The position numbers were made by a program, and so were the translations under genes. A model generated the notes under the pieces. That model saw only the letters and a list, made by a program, of their open reading frames with translations. It searched no databases and was not told the origin of the DNA. This document shows positions 1 to 10,301 of a DNA stretch of 64,000 nt, one piece after another; the first letter of the stretch is position 1, and each line of letters starts with the position of its first letter. The DNA is from Bacteroidales bacterium UBA1402 (GTDB lineage Bacteria; Bacteroidota; Bacteroidia; Bacteroidales; UBA1402), in assembly GCA_002305085.1 (NCBI GenBank), contig DBQE01000021.1:68831-132830 (forward strand), written 5' to 3'.

Positions 1-1576
1 TCTTCTCTATCAACCCAAGCACTTGCTGAACAAAATATTCGTAATCGGGATTATCATTGATTTCGATCCCTAAAAACTCGGCAGCTTCAACTAAACCGTT
101 CACGCCAATGGTAAGGTATTGACGTCCAAGATTAATATAACCTGCGTCAAAAAGAGGCAGCAATCCTTTTTCTTTCATATACCGCAGGTTTTCGTTATAT
201 GCCAACTGTGCTTTATGAGCAAGTTCCACAACCTCCTCCAAAAACAACATATAAAACATCCCTTTTTTGGTGGCATATTGAATACAACGATTCAAATTGA
301 TCGTCAACACACTCTTGGATCCGGTCGAAACACCTCCGGCTCCGAGCGTATAACTGAACTCGTTGTCTTGAATTTCATTGCGCAGCCTGCAGCAACTACT
401 CAGCGAATCGGCCTTATCGCTCATATAAGTGAAAAAGGAATGACCTTCGGCATACATTTCAGCGGTAAAATCACCATACTCCTTGTCCCTTACCTCTCCG
501 TCTTCTGTCAACAAAGCCATAGTCTCAACAGGAAAAGTCAAGACCGTTCGTAACCGTTCGCGGTTGAACCATTTCATAAAACGCTTTTGTAACCAATTGA
601 GCGAATCCCAATCGGGCTTGCTGCCATCGGGGAACACAAAATTTCCAAATAAACTTTCAAAATAGTACCTGTCGTAGTACGAAATATTCCAAAACACGGC
701 TTGAAAGTTACGTGCGCCGGTAGGTTGGTTGATAGAATATACAATCTGCTCAAAATGATCTGTAATTACTTTGTCCAAAGAGCGTTGTTTTCTGGACAAA
801 TCTACTATTGCATCTACTTTTTTATAATAATCTCTACCGTATTCCAAGCCGATAAAATAATTCATATACAACAAAAATTCCGGTGTGGCACAAGCACCGC
901 TCAACATGCTGGAAACCATAAAGACCATATTAATAAAGCCTCCGCAGAAAGATTTGAGATTGGTTGGAGCTTTTGAATTTCCTCCAATAGAATAAGTTCC
1001 TCCAATCAACCAGGGATACATAGTAATACTGGCACAATAATTGGCCAGGCTGGTTTCATCGTTTTTATAAATAAAATGATTCGTCAGCAATTCGATGTAT
1101 TTGTCGGACACTTCTTTGCCGTACATTTCTTTCAGCCTGTCGGTCAACAATCTTCGATTTAATCTTATAAAGTTTGATTTAGGTAATTCGCCAATGAGTG
1201 TCGCCATATTTTTATTTTCCACATTGGCGTTTGCATCATACTTACTGCCGGAGGCGGCATTGGATGCATCGCAGTAATCGATCAGGAACTTGAGTTTATC
1301 GCGCACTTCACGGTCTTCGATGTGTTTTTGACGGTAAAGCATAAAAGATTTTGCTACCGCATAATACCGTTCAGCCATTAACGCTATTTCTACCTGATTC
1401 TGAATTTCTTCCACAGAAATTCCATCGTAAATATGTATCCGGCACATAATATTGCCCAACACTTCCTGAGTTGCAAAACTCCCCACCGAAAGAAATGCTT
1501 TTGCAATGGCATCTTTAATCTTCTCAGCCGAAAAAAGCTCCCTTTTCCCGTCTCTTTTAATAATGTACACTTCCAT
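1..1576 (-). CDS. nrdD: Anaerobic ribonucleoside-triphosphate reductase (class III RNR), N-terminal ~525 aa; the 3' part runs off the left window edge
   Basis: Not in the ORF track because it is open at the edge. Manual minus-strand translation from the ATG at 1576-1574 gives MEVYIIKRDGKRELFSAEKIKDAIAKAF... (ATP-cone), then ...SLANYCASITMYPWLIGG..., ...LTFPVETMALL..., ...SLSSCCRLRNE...GAGGVSTGS..., with no stop codon down to position 2. Confidence 0.85.
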   Translation of the reverse strand, partial: MEVYIIKRDGKRELFSAEKIKDAIAKAFLSVGSFATQEVLGNIMCRIHIYDGISVEEIQNQVEIALMAERYYAVAKSFMLYRQKHIEDREVRDKLKFLIDYCDASNAASGSKYDANANVENKNMATLIGELPKSNFIRLNRRLLTDRLKEMYGKEVSDKYIELLTNHFIYKNDETSLANYCASITMYPWLIGGTYSIGGNSKAPTNLKSFCGGFINMVFMVSSMLSGACATPEFLLYMNYFIGLEYGRDYYKKVDAIVDLSRKQRSLDKVITDHFEQIVYSINQPTGARNFQAVFWNISYYDRYYFESLFGNFVFPDGSKPDWDSLNWLQKRFMKWFNRERLRTVLTFPVETMALLTEDGEVRDKEYGDFTAEMYAEGHSFFTYMSDKADSLSSCCRLRNEIQDNEFSYTLGAGGVSTGSKSVLTINLNRCIQYATKKGMFYMLFLEEVVELAHKAQLAYNENLRYMKEKGLLPLFDAGYINLGRQYLTIGVNGLVEAAEFLGIEINDNPDYEYFVQQVLGLIEK

Positions 1577-1734
1577 GACGTATCTGTTGAATTAATATCA
1601 TCGTTCAACGAGAGATCGGGGGAAAGAAAACGGCCTATACCAAAGACAAATCAGCAACTTTGATCAGGTGTTTATTGAAAAACAAATGAATCGTAAGTCC
1701 GCCAATCGCTCTTCACCCGAAAGCTCTCGGTAAA

Positions 1735-1915
1735 AAAACATCAGGCAGGTCTTCTGACTTGTTTCGGGCAGTGCGCCTTCCCATCCAAATCGACAGTGGC
1801 CGAGAATACACTCCTTACTTTAGAAACTCACAGCTACGGGGATAGTTCCTGACTTTCACAGGATTCCCTTTTAATCCCGGATTGCGAATAAAAAGCAATC
1901 TTTTGAGAACCAAAT
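1735..1915 (-). promoter_or_regulatory. Cobalamin (B12) riboswitch in the nrdD leader
   Basis: The minus strand reads ...AAAAGGGAATCCTGTGAAAGTCAGGAACTATCCCCGTAGCTGTGAG...GCCACTG...GGGAAGGCGCACTGCCC...AGTCAGAAGACCTGCC. The last element is the B12 box (plus-strand 1744-1759). A T7 run follows, and the nrdD ATG lies about 165 nt downstream. Confidence 0.85.
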
Positions 1916-1923
1916 GCCGGGAA

Positions 1924-1931
1924 CAAAGATA
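1924..1931 (-). promoter_or_regulatory. Candidate Bacteroidota -7 promoter box (TATCTTTG) for the riboswitch-nrdD transcript
   Basis: Plus-strand CAAAGATA equals minus-strand TATCTTTG, which matches TAnnTTTG just upstream of the riboswitch. A second match, TAAATTTG, lies at 1934-1941. Motif match only. Confidence 0.4.
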
Positions 1932-2078
1932 TACAAATTTACATTAGTGGCATAAATATAGTTCTGAATTTACATTCAGATATATGTAACAAACTCTTTT
2001 TACAAAGGCAGAAAAAATGTATATTCGTTGCGAATTTTAAAGTTTTTTGTTTCAATCAACCATATAAAATTTAACCTT

Positions 2079-3662
2079 ATGATCTGCCAACGCCTTTTGC
2101 TTTTTTCGTTCTGCGCATTATGTTTGTTAAGCGCCAATGAAAGCCCCGCTCAAAAAGCCCAAAATCCCGTTATTTTTGCCGACGTGCCCGATATGTCTAT
2201 GATGCGTGTGGGCGATACTTACTACATGAGCAGCACCACTATGCATATGGCCCCCGGGGTGCCTGTTATGACATCAAAAGACTTGATTAACTGGAAAATA
2301 ACCAGTTACTGCTACGATATACTCGACGATGTGGACGCACTAAACCTGGTCAACGGCAAGAGCACCTACGGCAGAGGCACCTGGGCCAGCAGCATACGCT
2401 ACCACAAGGGGCTCTTTTACGTTTCTACTTTTGCTCAAACCACCAACAAAACCTATATATACACCACCGACGATCCTGAAAAGGGCGAATGGAAAAAGAC
2501 TTCCTTTGCTCCGGCTTACCACGATCACAGCCTGTTTTTTGACGATGACGGCCGCATTTATTTTATCTGGGGGGTGGGCCGTTTACGCATCATCGAGCTT
2601 GAGGCCGATCTGAGCGGCGTGAAAGAAGAAACGGAACGGGTTTTAATAGAAAACGCCAGCGCGCCGGCAGGCAGCCCAATGGGCCTGCAGTCCGAAGGTT
2701 CTCAACTGTTCAAAGTAAACGGCAGGTACTATTTGTTCAATATTTGCTGGCCCAGGGGTGGTATGCGCACGGTGGTGATACATCGTGCCCCCAGTCTCGA
2801 GGGCCCCTGGGAAGGACGTTTGGCTTTGCAGGACAAGGGTGTGGCTCAGGGCGGTATGGTCAACACACCCGACGAGCGCTGGTTTGCCTATCTTTTCCGC
2901 GACTACGGTTCGGTAGGCCGGATCCCTTATCTGGTTCCGATACAATGGCAAGACGGCTGGCCGGTGCTTGGAATCGAGGGCAAAGTGCCCGACGAACTGG
3001 ATCTGCCGGCCGGTAAAGGTCTGAAACCGGGCATTGTCAACGACGATGAATTTAATCGTAAAGCCGGTGAACCTGAACTGCCTCTGGTCTGGCAATGGAA
3101 CCACAATCCCGACAACAATCTCTGGTCGCTAAGTGAACGCCCCGGCTATTTACGCTTGAAAACGGGACGCATAGACAAGAGTTTTTTACTGGCACGAAAC
3201 ACGCTGACTCAACGCAGTTTTGGTCCCCAAAGTTCGGGCAGCACCCTATTGGATGTTTCAGGAATGAAAGACGGCGATGTAGCCGGATTGGTTGCTCTGC
3301 AGCGTAAATTCGGACAAGTGGGAGTCAAAATGGAAGGCAGCAACAAATATATTTTTATGACCAGCAACAAAACAGACACACCCACCGAAATCGAAAGGCT
3401 GCCGCTGAAAAAGAAAAGGGTTTACCTCAGAATCGACTGCGATTACAGGGAAATGACCGATCTGGCCCGCTTCTACTACAGCCTGAACGGCAAAACCTGG
3501 AAAGAAATCGGACAGCCCCTCAAAATGGAATACACCCTGGTAGAGCATTTTATGGGCTATCGCTTCGGACTTTTTAATTACGCCACCAAACAAAGCGGCG
3601 GCTGGGCCGACTTCGATTATTTCCGCATTGATGGACAAATTATTGAAAACAATGAACAATAA
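2079..3662 (+). CDS. Glycoside hydrolase family 43 (beta-xylosidase/alpha-L-arabinofuranosidase type) with C-terminal beta-sandwich domain
   Basis: The track ORF is 2028..3662. The first ATG at 2079 gives the signal-like MICQRLLLFSFCALCLLSA. NPVIFADVPDMSMMRVGDTYYMSSTTMHMAPGVPVMTSKDLINW is a typical GH43 propeller N-terminus. The C-terminal ~200 aa resembles the XynB-like accessory domain. Confidence 0.85.
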   Translation: MICQRLLLFSFCALCLLSANESPAQKAQNPVIFADVPDMSMMRVGDTYYMSSTTMHMAPGVPVMTSKDLINWKITSYCYDILDDVDALNLVNGKSTYGRGTWASSIRYHKGLFYVSTFAQTTNKTYIYTTDDPEKGEWKKTSFAPAYHDHSLFFDDDGRIYFIWGVGRLRIIELEADLSGVKEETERVLIENASAPAGSPMGLQSEGSQLFKVNGRYYLFNICWPRGGMRTVVIHRAPSLEGPWEGRLALQDKGVAQGGMVNTPDERWFAYLFRDYGSVGRIPYLVPIQWQDGWPVLGIEGKVPDELDLPAGKGLKPGIVNDDEFNRKAGEPELPLVWQWNHNPDNNLWSLSERPGYLRLKTGRIDKSFLLARNTLTQRSFGPQSSGSTLLDVSGMKDGDVAGLVALQRKFGQVGVKMEGSNKYIFMTSNKTDTPTEIERLPLKKKRVYLRIDCDYREMTDLARFYYSLNGKTWKEIGQPLKMEYTLVEHFMGYRFGLFNYATKQSGGWADFDYFRIDGQIIENNEQ

Positions 3663-3674
3663 AGAGCATAAACA

Positions 3675-5045
3675 ATGATTTCAAACTCCAAATTGCTTTT
3701 TGTCTGCCTGAGCCTTTTGGCTTCCATTTCGGGCGGACTGTTTATCCCCCTTGCGGCGCAAAACCCGATTATCCGGAATCAGTTTACAGCCGACCCTTCG
3801 GCCCGGGTTTTCAACGGAAAGATCTATGTTTTCCCTTCGCACGACATCAGAGCACCGGAAGGCAAGAACCTGCGCAAAGACTGGTTTTGTATGGAAGATT
3901 ACCACGTTTTTTCGTCGAAAAATCTCATCGATTGGACCGACCATGGCGTGATCCTCAGCCAGTACGATCCACCCTGGGTCGATTCTACTTCGTACAGCAT
4001 GTGGGCCCCCGATTGCATAGAGCGAAACGGGAAATACTACTTTTATTTTCCGGCCCACACCAAAGCAGATGAAAACGGCCGCAGAAGTCTTGGCATCGGA
4101 GTGGCTGTGGCTGACAAGCCCGAAGGCCCTTACCTGCCCCAGGCCGAACCCATCAAAGGAGTACACGGAATAGATCCGAACGTTTTCATCGACAAAGACG
4201 GCCAAGCCTACCTATATTGGTCACAACAACATATTTATGTGGCCAAATTGAAGGAGAATATGCTTGAACTGGATTCCGAACCTTATATTATCCCCAATTT
4301 ACCGGAAAAAGGACTTAAAGAAGGGCCCTGGTTATTTGAAAGAGAGGGAATTTACTACCTGACTTTCCCCCATGTTGAAAACAAGACGGAACGCCTCGAA
4401 TACGCTATTGGTAAGCATCCTATGGGTCCCTTTACCATGACGGGGGTTATTATGGACGAATCGCCCACGGCTTGCTGGACCAACCATCATTCCATTTTGG
4501 AATACCGGGGCCGGTGGTATTTGTTTTATCACCACAACGATTATTCGCCGGATTTTGATAAAAACCGCTCCATCCGTATCGACAGTCTTTTTTTCAATGA
4601 GGACGGGACTATTCAAAAAGTACAGCCCAGTTTACGGGGAGTAGGATTAACCCCGGCCAATACCGAAATACAACTCGACCGGTATTCTGCCCTCAGTCCC
4701 GATGGTGCCGAAATCGCTTATATCGACAAAAACAGGCCTTTCGAAGGCTGGAAAACGATATTAAACAAACCGGGAGCCTGGGTGCAGTACAACGCCGTCG
4801 ATTTTGGCAATAAAAAAAAGAAAAGGGTACAAATCAGGGCTCTGGCACCACAAGGCAGCATCCTTGAGCTAAGGCTCAACCACCCCGGCGGGCCTCTTTT
4901 GGCAGGTCTCACACTCCCGGCCGGCTCTGACTGGGAAAACTACGACTTTAAAATTAAAAAGACCGGGCGAGGTATAGACAACCTGATTGTTTTGCTTCGT
5001 TCGGAATCTGAGCTGGAAATTGACTGGCTCCAATTTCAACCCTAA
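3675..5045 (+). CDS. Glycoside hydrolase family 43 with C-terminal CBM6-like module
   Basis: Signal peptide. GH43 motifs NPIIRNQFTADPSARVFNGKIYVFPSHD and WAPDCIERNGKYYFYF. The C-terminal ~130 aa (...WVQYNAVDFG...LEIDWLQF) looks like CBM6. Starts 12 bp after the upstream gene. Confidence 0.8.
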   Translation: MISNSKLLFVCLSLLASISGGLFIPLAAQNPIIRNQFTADPSARVFNGKIYVFPSHDIRAPEGKNLRKDWFCMEDYHVFSSKNLIDWTDHGVILSQYDPPWVDSTSYSMWAPDCIERNGKYYFYFPAHTKADENGRRSLGIGVAVADKPEGPYLPQAEPIKGVHGIDPNVFIDKDGQAYLYWSQQHIYVAKLKENMLELDSEPYIIPNLPEKGLKEGPWLFEREGIYYLTFPHVENKTERLEYAIGKHPMGPFTMTGVIMDESPTACWTNHHSILEYRGRWYLFYHHNDYSPDFDKNRSIRIDSLFFNEDGTIQKVQPSLRGVGLTPANTEIQLDRYSALSPDGAEIAYIDKNRPFEGWKTILNKPGAWVQYNAVDFGNKKKKRVQIRALAPQGSILELRLNHPGGPLLAGLTLPAGSDWENYDFKIKKTGRGIDNLIVLLRSESELEIDWLQFQP

Positions 5046-5095
5046 ACCATCAATTTGACTATCTACCTAATTGAACACCAACTTTAATAGTTTAA

Positions 5096-6256
<1,161 letters not shown>

Positions 6257-6310
6257 TCCGACCCGGTTCAAATCCTGTTAATAAAAAAACAACAACCATT
6301 ATTTCAACGT

Positions 6311-8074
6311 ATGAAACCTACTCCATTCTTCTCCGGTGTTTTTAAACTACCGGCCCTGCTCTTATTATTCGCTGTAATCACTCCCCCGCTCTATGCTCAA
6401 AAAGCAGTCAAAGCTTCCGGGACTCCCCTGTTTACCGATTTTGAGTACCGGGGCAACGACAAGATTTACCAGAACCATCCTCTGAAGCCGGACGAGTTTT
6501 ACAATCCCATTCTTCAGGGTTGTTACCCCGACCCGAGCATCACTCGCAAAGGAGACGATTATTATTTGGTTTGCTCCTCTTTTGCCATGTTTCCCGGAGT
6601 ACCCATTTTCCATTCCCGCGACCTGGTCAACTGGACGCAAATAGGCCATGTGCTCGACAGGAAATCACAACTGATAATCCACAATTGCGGTATCAGCGCC
6701 GGCATCTATGCCCCTCAGATAATCTACAATCCTTACAACGATTATTTTTATATGATCACCACCCAAATTTCCGGGGGCATTGGCAATATGGTCGTCAAGA
6801 CCAAGGATCCCCACCAAGGATGGAGCGAAGTGATTAAACTGGATTTCAACGGCATCGACCCCTCTCTGTTTTTCGACGACGACGGCAAAGCTTATGTGGT
6901 CCACAACGACGGCCCCGACCGTGGTAAAGAACTCTACAACGGACACAGGGTAATTAAAATCTGGGAATACGATACCGAGCAAGACAAAATCATTCCCGGC
7001 AGCGACAAAATCATCGTGGACGGAGGCGTAGATATATCCAAAAAGCCCATTTGGATTGAAGCCCCTCATATTTACAAAAAAAACAACAAGTACTACCTGA
7101 TGTGCGCCGAAGGCGGGACAGGAGGCTGGCATAGCGAAGTAATTTTTGTAAGTGACAGCCCCAAAGGCCCTTATATTCCGGCGCCCGGCAATCCCATCCT
7201 GACTCAGCGCCATTTTGCCAGGGACAGGGCCAATAAAGTAGATTGGGCAGGTCATGCCGATTTGGTGCTCGGGCCCGACAATAAAACCTATTACGGGGTC
7301 TTTTTAGCCGTCCGTCCCAACGAAAAGAACCGGGTGAACACGGGGCGAGAAACCTTCATCCTTCCCGTCGACTGGTCGGGTGAATTCCCCGTCTTTGTAA
7401 ACGGGCTGCTTCCGATGGAACCTAAACTAAAGATGCCTCAGGGTGTTACCGAAAACAACACCGGCAAGGAGAACTTCCTCCCCAACGGCAACTTCAGCTT
7501 TAGCGACAACTTCAGCGCCGGCAAGCCGGATTATCGCTGGATAAGCCTGAGAGGACCCCGCGAAGAATTTATAGAGACTTCAAAACAAGGGCTTAAAATC
7601 AAACCTTATCCCGTTAATATCAAAGAAGTCAAACCGACCTCCACCCTCTTTCTCCGGCAAATGCACAACAGTTTCTCCTTTACGGTCGGCATGAACTACC
7701 GGCCTTCGTCCGAAAAAGAGCTGGCCGGCCTGGTAGCCCTGCAAAGCGAAAGCTTCAACTACGTCTTTGGTCTCACCAAAAAAGGAAACGACTATTATCT
7801 CTTGCTGGAACGCAACGAGCGCAAAGCGAGAAGCCGCGAAACAAACTCGACCATTCTGGCAAGCAACATAATTGAACTCAAAGCCCCTATCCGTCTAAGG
7901 ATAAGGGCTGAGGGTGATAATTACGAATTTAGCTACTCACTTGATGGTGCCGATTTTGTGAACCTGGCCGAAAACGTTTCCGGAGATATCCTCTCGACCG
8001 ATGTAGCGGGAGGTTTTACCGGCTGTTTGCTCGGCCTCTATGCCACCACGGCCAACGATGCCGTGCCGGAATAA
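6311..8074 (+). CDS. Glycoside hydrolase family 43 (beta-xylosidase/arabinofuranosidase) with C-terminal GH43_C2-like domain
   Basis: Signal peptide. NPILQGCYPDPSITRKGDDYYLVCSSFAMFPGVPIFHSRDLVNW and IEAPHIYKKNNKYYLMCAEGG are classic GH43 motifs. C-terminal lectin-like domain of about 200 aa. Confidence 0.85.
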   Translation: MKPTPFFSGVFKLPALLLLFAVITPPLYAQKAVKASGTPLFTDFEYRGNDKIYQNHPLKPDEFYNPILQGCYPDPSITRKGDDYYLVCSSFAMFPGVPIFHSRDLVNWTQIGHVLDRKSQLIIHNCGISAGIYAPQIIYNPYNDYFYMITTQISGGIGNMVVKTKDPHQGWSEVIKLDFNGIDPSLFFDDDGKAYVVHNDGPDRGKELYNGHRVIKIWEYDTEQDKIIPGSDKIIVDGGVDISKKPIWIEAPHIYKKNNKYYLMCAEGGTGGWHSEVIFVSDSPKGPYIPAPGNPILTQRHFARDRANKVDWAGHADLVLGPDNKTYYGVFLAVRPNEKNRVNTGRETFILPVDWSGEFPVFVNGLLPMEPKLKMPQGVTENNTGKENFLPNGNFSFSDNFSAGKPDYRWISLRGPREEFIETSKQGLKIKPYPVNIKEVKPTSTLFLRQMHNSFSFTVGMNYRPSSEKELAGLVALQSESFNYVFGLTKKGNDYYLLLERNERKARSRETNSTILASNIIELKAPIRLRIRAEGDNYEFSYSLDGADFVNLAENVSGDILSTDVAGGFTGCLLGLYATTANDAVPE

Positions 8075-8090
8075 GGTTTGGGATCCCGGC

Positions 8091-10046
8091 TCAAGGTTCG
8101 AGTATAGCCGCCCAGCCGCCGTTCGAAACCATCTTGATTTTAAGAACTTCGGTCTTATTAATGCTGCGCTTCTCGAGTTTGTAATCCTGGGCGTAGTGAT
8201 CGGCGTTGACTCCGTCTTTCATCAGGGTCAGCTTGTAATTGCCTTCATCGAGGAAAGAAAGCGAAATTTCCAGTTCCCGGGGACTGGCATCTGTCATGGC
8301 ACCCACATACCAGGCCTTGCCTTTGCGGCGTGCCACCACAATGTAATCGGACACTTTAGCCTCGAGGACACGGGTTTCGTCCCAAACGACGGGGATGCGG
8401 GTGATAAAATTAACGCTTTCCTGCTCCTTCTTGTAAATAGAGGGCGATTCGCACATCATTTGCAGAGGTGATTCGTATACAATGTACTTGGCCAGCTCAT
8501 GGCAACGGGTGCCAAGACCCATGGGGCGGTCGTAGCTTACGTTGTGATTAACGGGATGGGCGTTGAGCATCGCTCCGGGGGTATAATCCATAGGCCCGGC
8601 CACCATGCGAGTAAAAGGCAAAATAAGATTGTGTTCAGGCGTAACGTCGGCGCACCATTTGTTGTTTTCGTTGCCCTTGACTCCCTCCTGGCTGAGCACG
8701 TTGGGGTATTTGCGACTGAGGCCCGAAGGTTTGAATGATCCGTGGTAATCAACCAATAAGTTCAAACGGGCACATTCGGCGGCAATTTGCTCGTACGACT
8801 CCACCATATACTGGTCGTTGCGCTGCATAAAATCCACCTTGACACCCTTGGCTCCCCAGCCGCTGTAGGTCTCCAGAATTTGTTTCATATTGGCATTGAG
8901 GGGCTTCCACAATACCCAGAGGATAATTCCGACATTCTTTTGCCTGCCGTATTCGATCAATTCTTTTACGTCGATGTTAGGGTTGTTCTCCAGAATTTCG
9001 GTGGTCGACTTTGTCCAGCCTTCGTCAAGAATCACGTATTCGATCTTATTGTCCGAGGCAAAATCGATGTAGTACTTGTAAGTGGCGGTATTGAGGCCCG
9101 ATTTAAAATCCACTCCAAAAATATTGTTGGCATTGTACCAATCCCAGGCCACTTTGCCCGGCTTGATCCATTCCGTATCTTTGAGTACACAGGGTTCGGC
9201 CAACTGGTAAGTAAGGTTGCTTTCTACCAGATCGGCATCCTTGTCGCTGATGATAAACACCCGCCAGGGAAAATCTCTGCCGGTGGCTACTTTGGCAATA
9301 TAATCCGCCTCTTTACTGATGATTTCGTTTCGGTCTGCTCCGCGAGCCGGATCCCGGGTTTCGAGTACATAAGGCGGAAATTTGCTTACAAACCCATTCC
9401 GGCCGTTGCTTTCGAGAAACATACCGGGGTAACGATGCAGCGCAGTTTCTGTCACGAGGACTTTAGCCTGTCCCGGCAAATCGATCAGCAGAGGCATACT
9501 GCAAAAACGTCCGGCAGCGATATCGCTCAGCTGAATATAGGGATACCAGCTTTCGTTGTGCGAATAGGTTGTGTGTTCTTCCGAAAAATAACAGGCTGCT
9601 CCATCGGGAAAGAACAGGTCCAATTTCTCGTTCAGCACCTCGTAGGGTTTACGCGAAGTTTCCGAGAAACGGTAAGCCACACCATCGTTGTAGGCCCTGA
9701 AGGTCAGACTGAATCTTTCCCTGAACTGTAAGCTCAGCTCATTACAATGATCCTCTATAATCGCATCCTTATACGGAACGGCAACCTGAATTTCCTGCTT
9801 AACTTCTTTGACGGACTGTTTTGCCAGCCTGGCCTCCAGACCCAAAACCCGGTCTGAAAGTTCCATGGCGACGACGGCCTTTTCCAGCACGGGTTTGCCC
9901 TTAAGTTGCGCCGACCAGGAAATTTCTTTGTCAACAGTTACCACAACCTGCAAGTTCCCGTCGGGCGATTGTAGTTGAATTTCTTTGGCATTGAGGGCAA
10001 TAAGCCCGGTAAACATGCTTAAAACTAAAAGAAGAGGTTTTTTCAT
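8091..10046 (-). CDS. Glycoside hydrolase family 97 (alpha-glucosidase/alpha-galactosidase, SusB-like)
   Basis: 651 aa with a signal peptide. The N-terminal pattern (...ISWSAQLKGKPVL..., ...AYNDGVAYRF...) and the central TIM barrel (...YVILDEGW..., ...GVKVDFMQRNDQ...) are typical of GH97. Confidence 0.85.
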   Translation of the reverse strand: MKKPLLLVLSMFTGLIALNAKEIQLQSPDGNLQVVVTVDKEISWSAQLKGKPVLEKAVVAMELSDRVLGLEARLAKQSVKEVKQEIQVAVPYKDAIIEDHCNELSLQFRERFSLTFRAYNDGVAYRFSETSRKPYEVLNEKLDLFFPDGAACYFSEEHTTYSHNESWYPYIQLSDIAAGRFCSMPLLIDLPGQAKVLVTETALHRYPGMFLESNGRNGFVSKFPPYVLETRDPARGADRNEIISKEADYIAKVATGRDFPWRVFIISDKDADLVESNLTYQLAEPCVLKDTEWIKPGKVAWDWYNANNIFGVDFKSGLNTATYKYYIDFASDNKIEYVILDEGWTKSTTEILENNPNIDVKELIEYGRQKNVGIILWVLWKPLNANMKQILETYSGWGAKGVKVDFMQRNDQYMVESYEQIAAECARLNLLVDYHGSFKPSGLSRKYPNVLSQEGVKGNENNKWCADVTPEHNLILPFTRMVAGPMDYTPGAMLNAHPVNHNVSYDRPMGLGTRCHELAKYIVYESPLQMMCESPSIYKKEQESVNFITRIPVVWDETRVLEAKVSDYIVVARRKGKAWYVGAMTDASPRELEISLSFLDEGNYKLTLMKDGVNADHYAQDYKLEKRSINKTEVLKIKMVSNGGWAAILEP

Positions 10047-10301
10047 ATCAATTTGTTTTATTAAGTGACTTTTTTCACGGTTTTACGCTTATTCTGCTGC
10101 GCAATTTAATGATTTTCTACGTCATTTTAGTCCTTTTTTATGGATACCCTGCTATTAATAGTGAGGATTTGACCCCCTTTGAAGCTCTCTGCCATATAAA
10201 ACATCCATTGACGCCATCCCCGCATGGAGGCTTATCCCGGAATCAAGTAAAACCTCTTTATCCCTTTTCAAAAAATAAGGTCTTTGATAAACGAGAAAGC
10301 G

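Noticed and set aside
119-1277. Plus-strand track ORFs 119..553, 483..665, 701..976 and 1095..1277.
   Set aside because: All lie antisense within the uninterrupted minus-strand nrdD reading frame. They have no protein-like motifs and are shadow ORFs.
2028-2078. TTG-initiated N-terminal extension of the first GH43 (MRILKFFVSINHIKFNL).
   Set aside because: The in-frame ATG at 2079 is followed directly by a signal-peptide-like segment, and the extension adds nothing recognisable.
8787-9731. 314-aa plus-strand ORF.
   Set aside because: It is antisense to the GH97 gene, with low-complexity, Arg/Gly/Phe-rich shadow composition. The same reasoning applies to 5120..5797, 6665..7255, 2643..3104 and 3681..4205.
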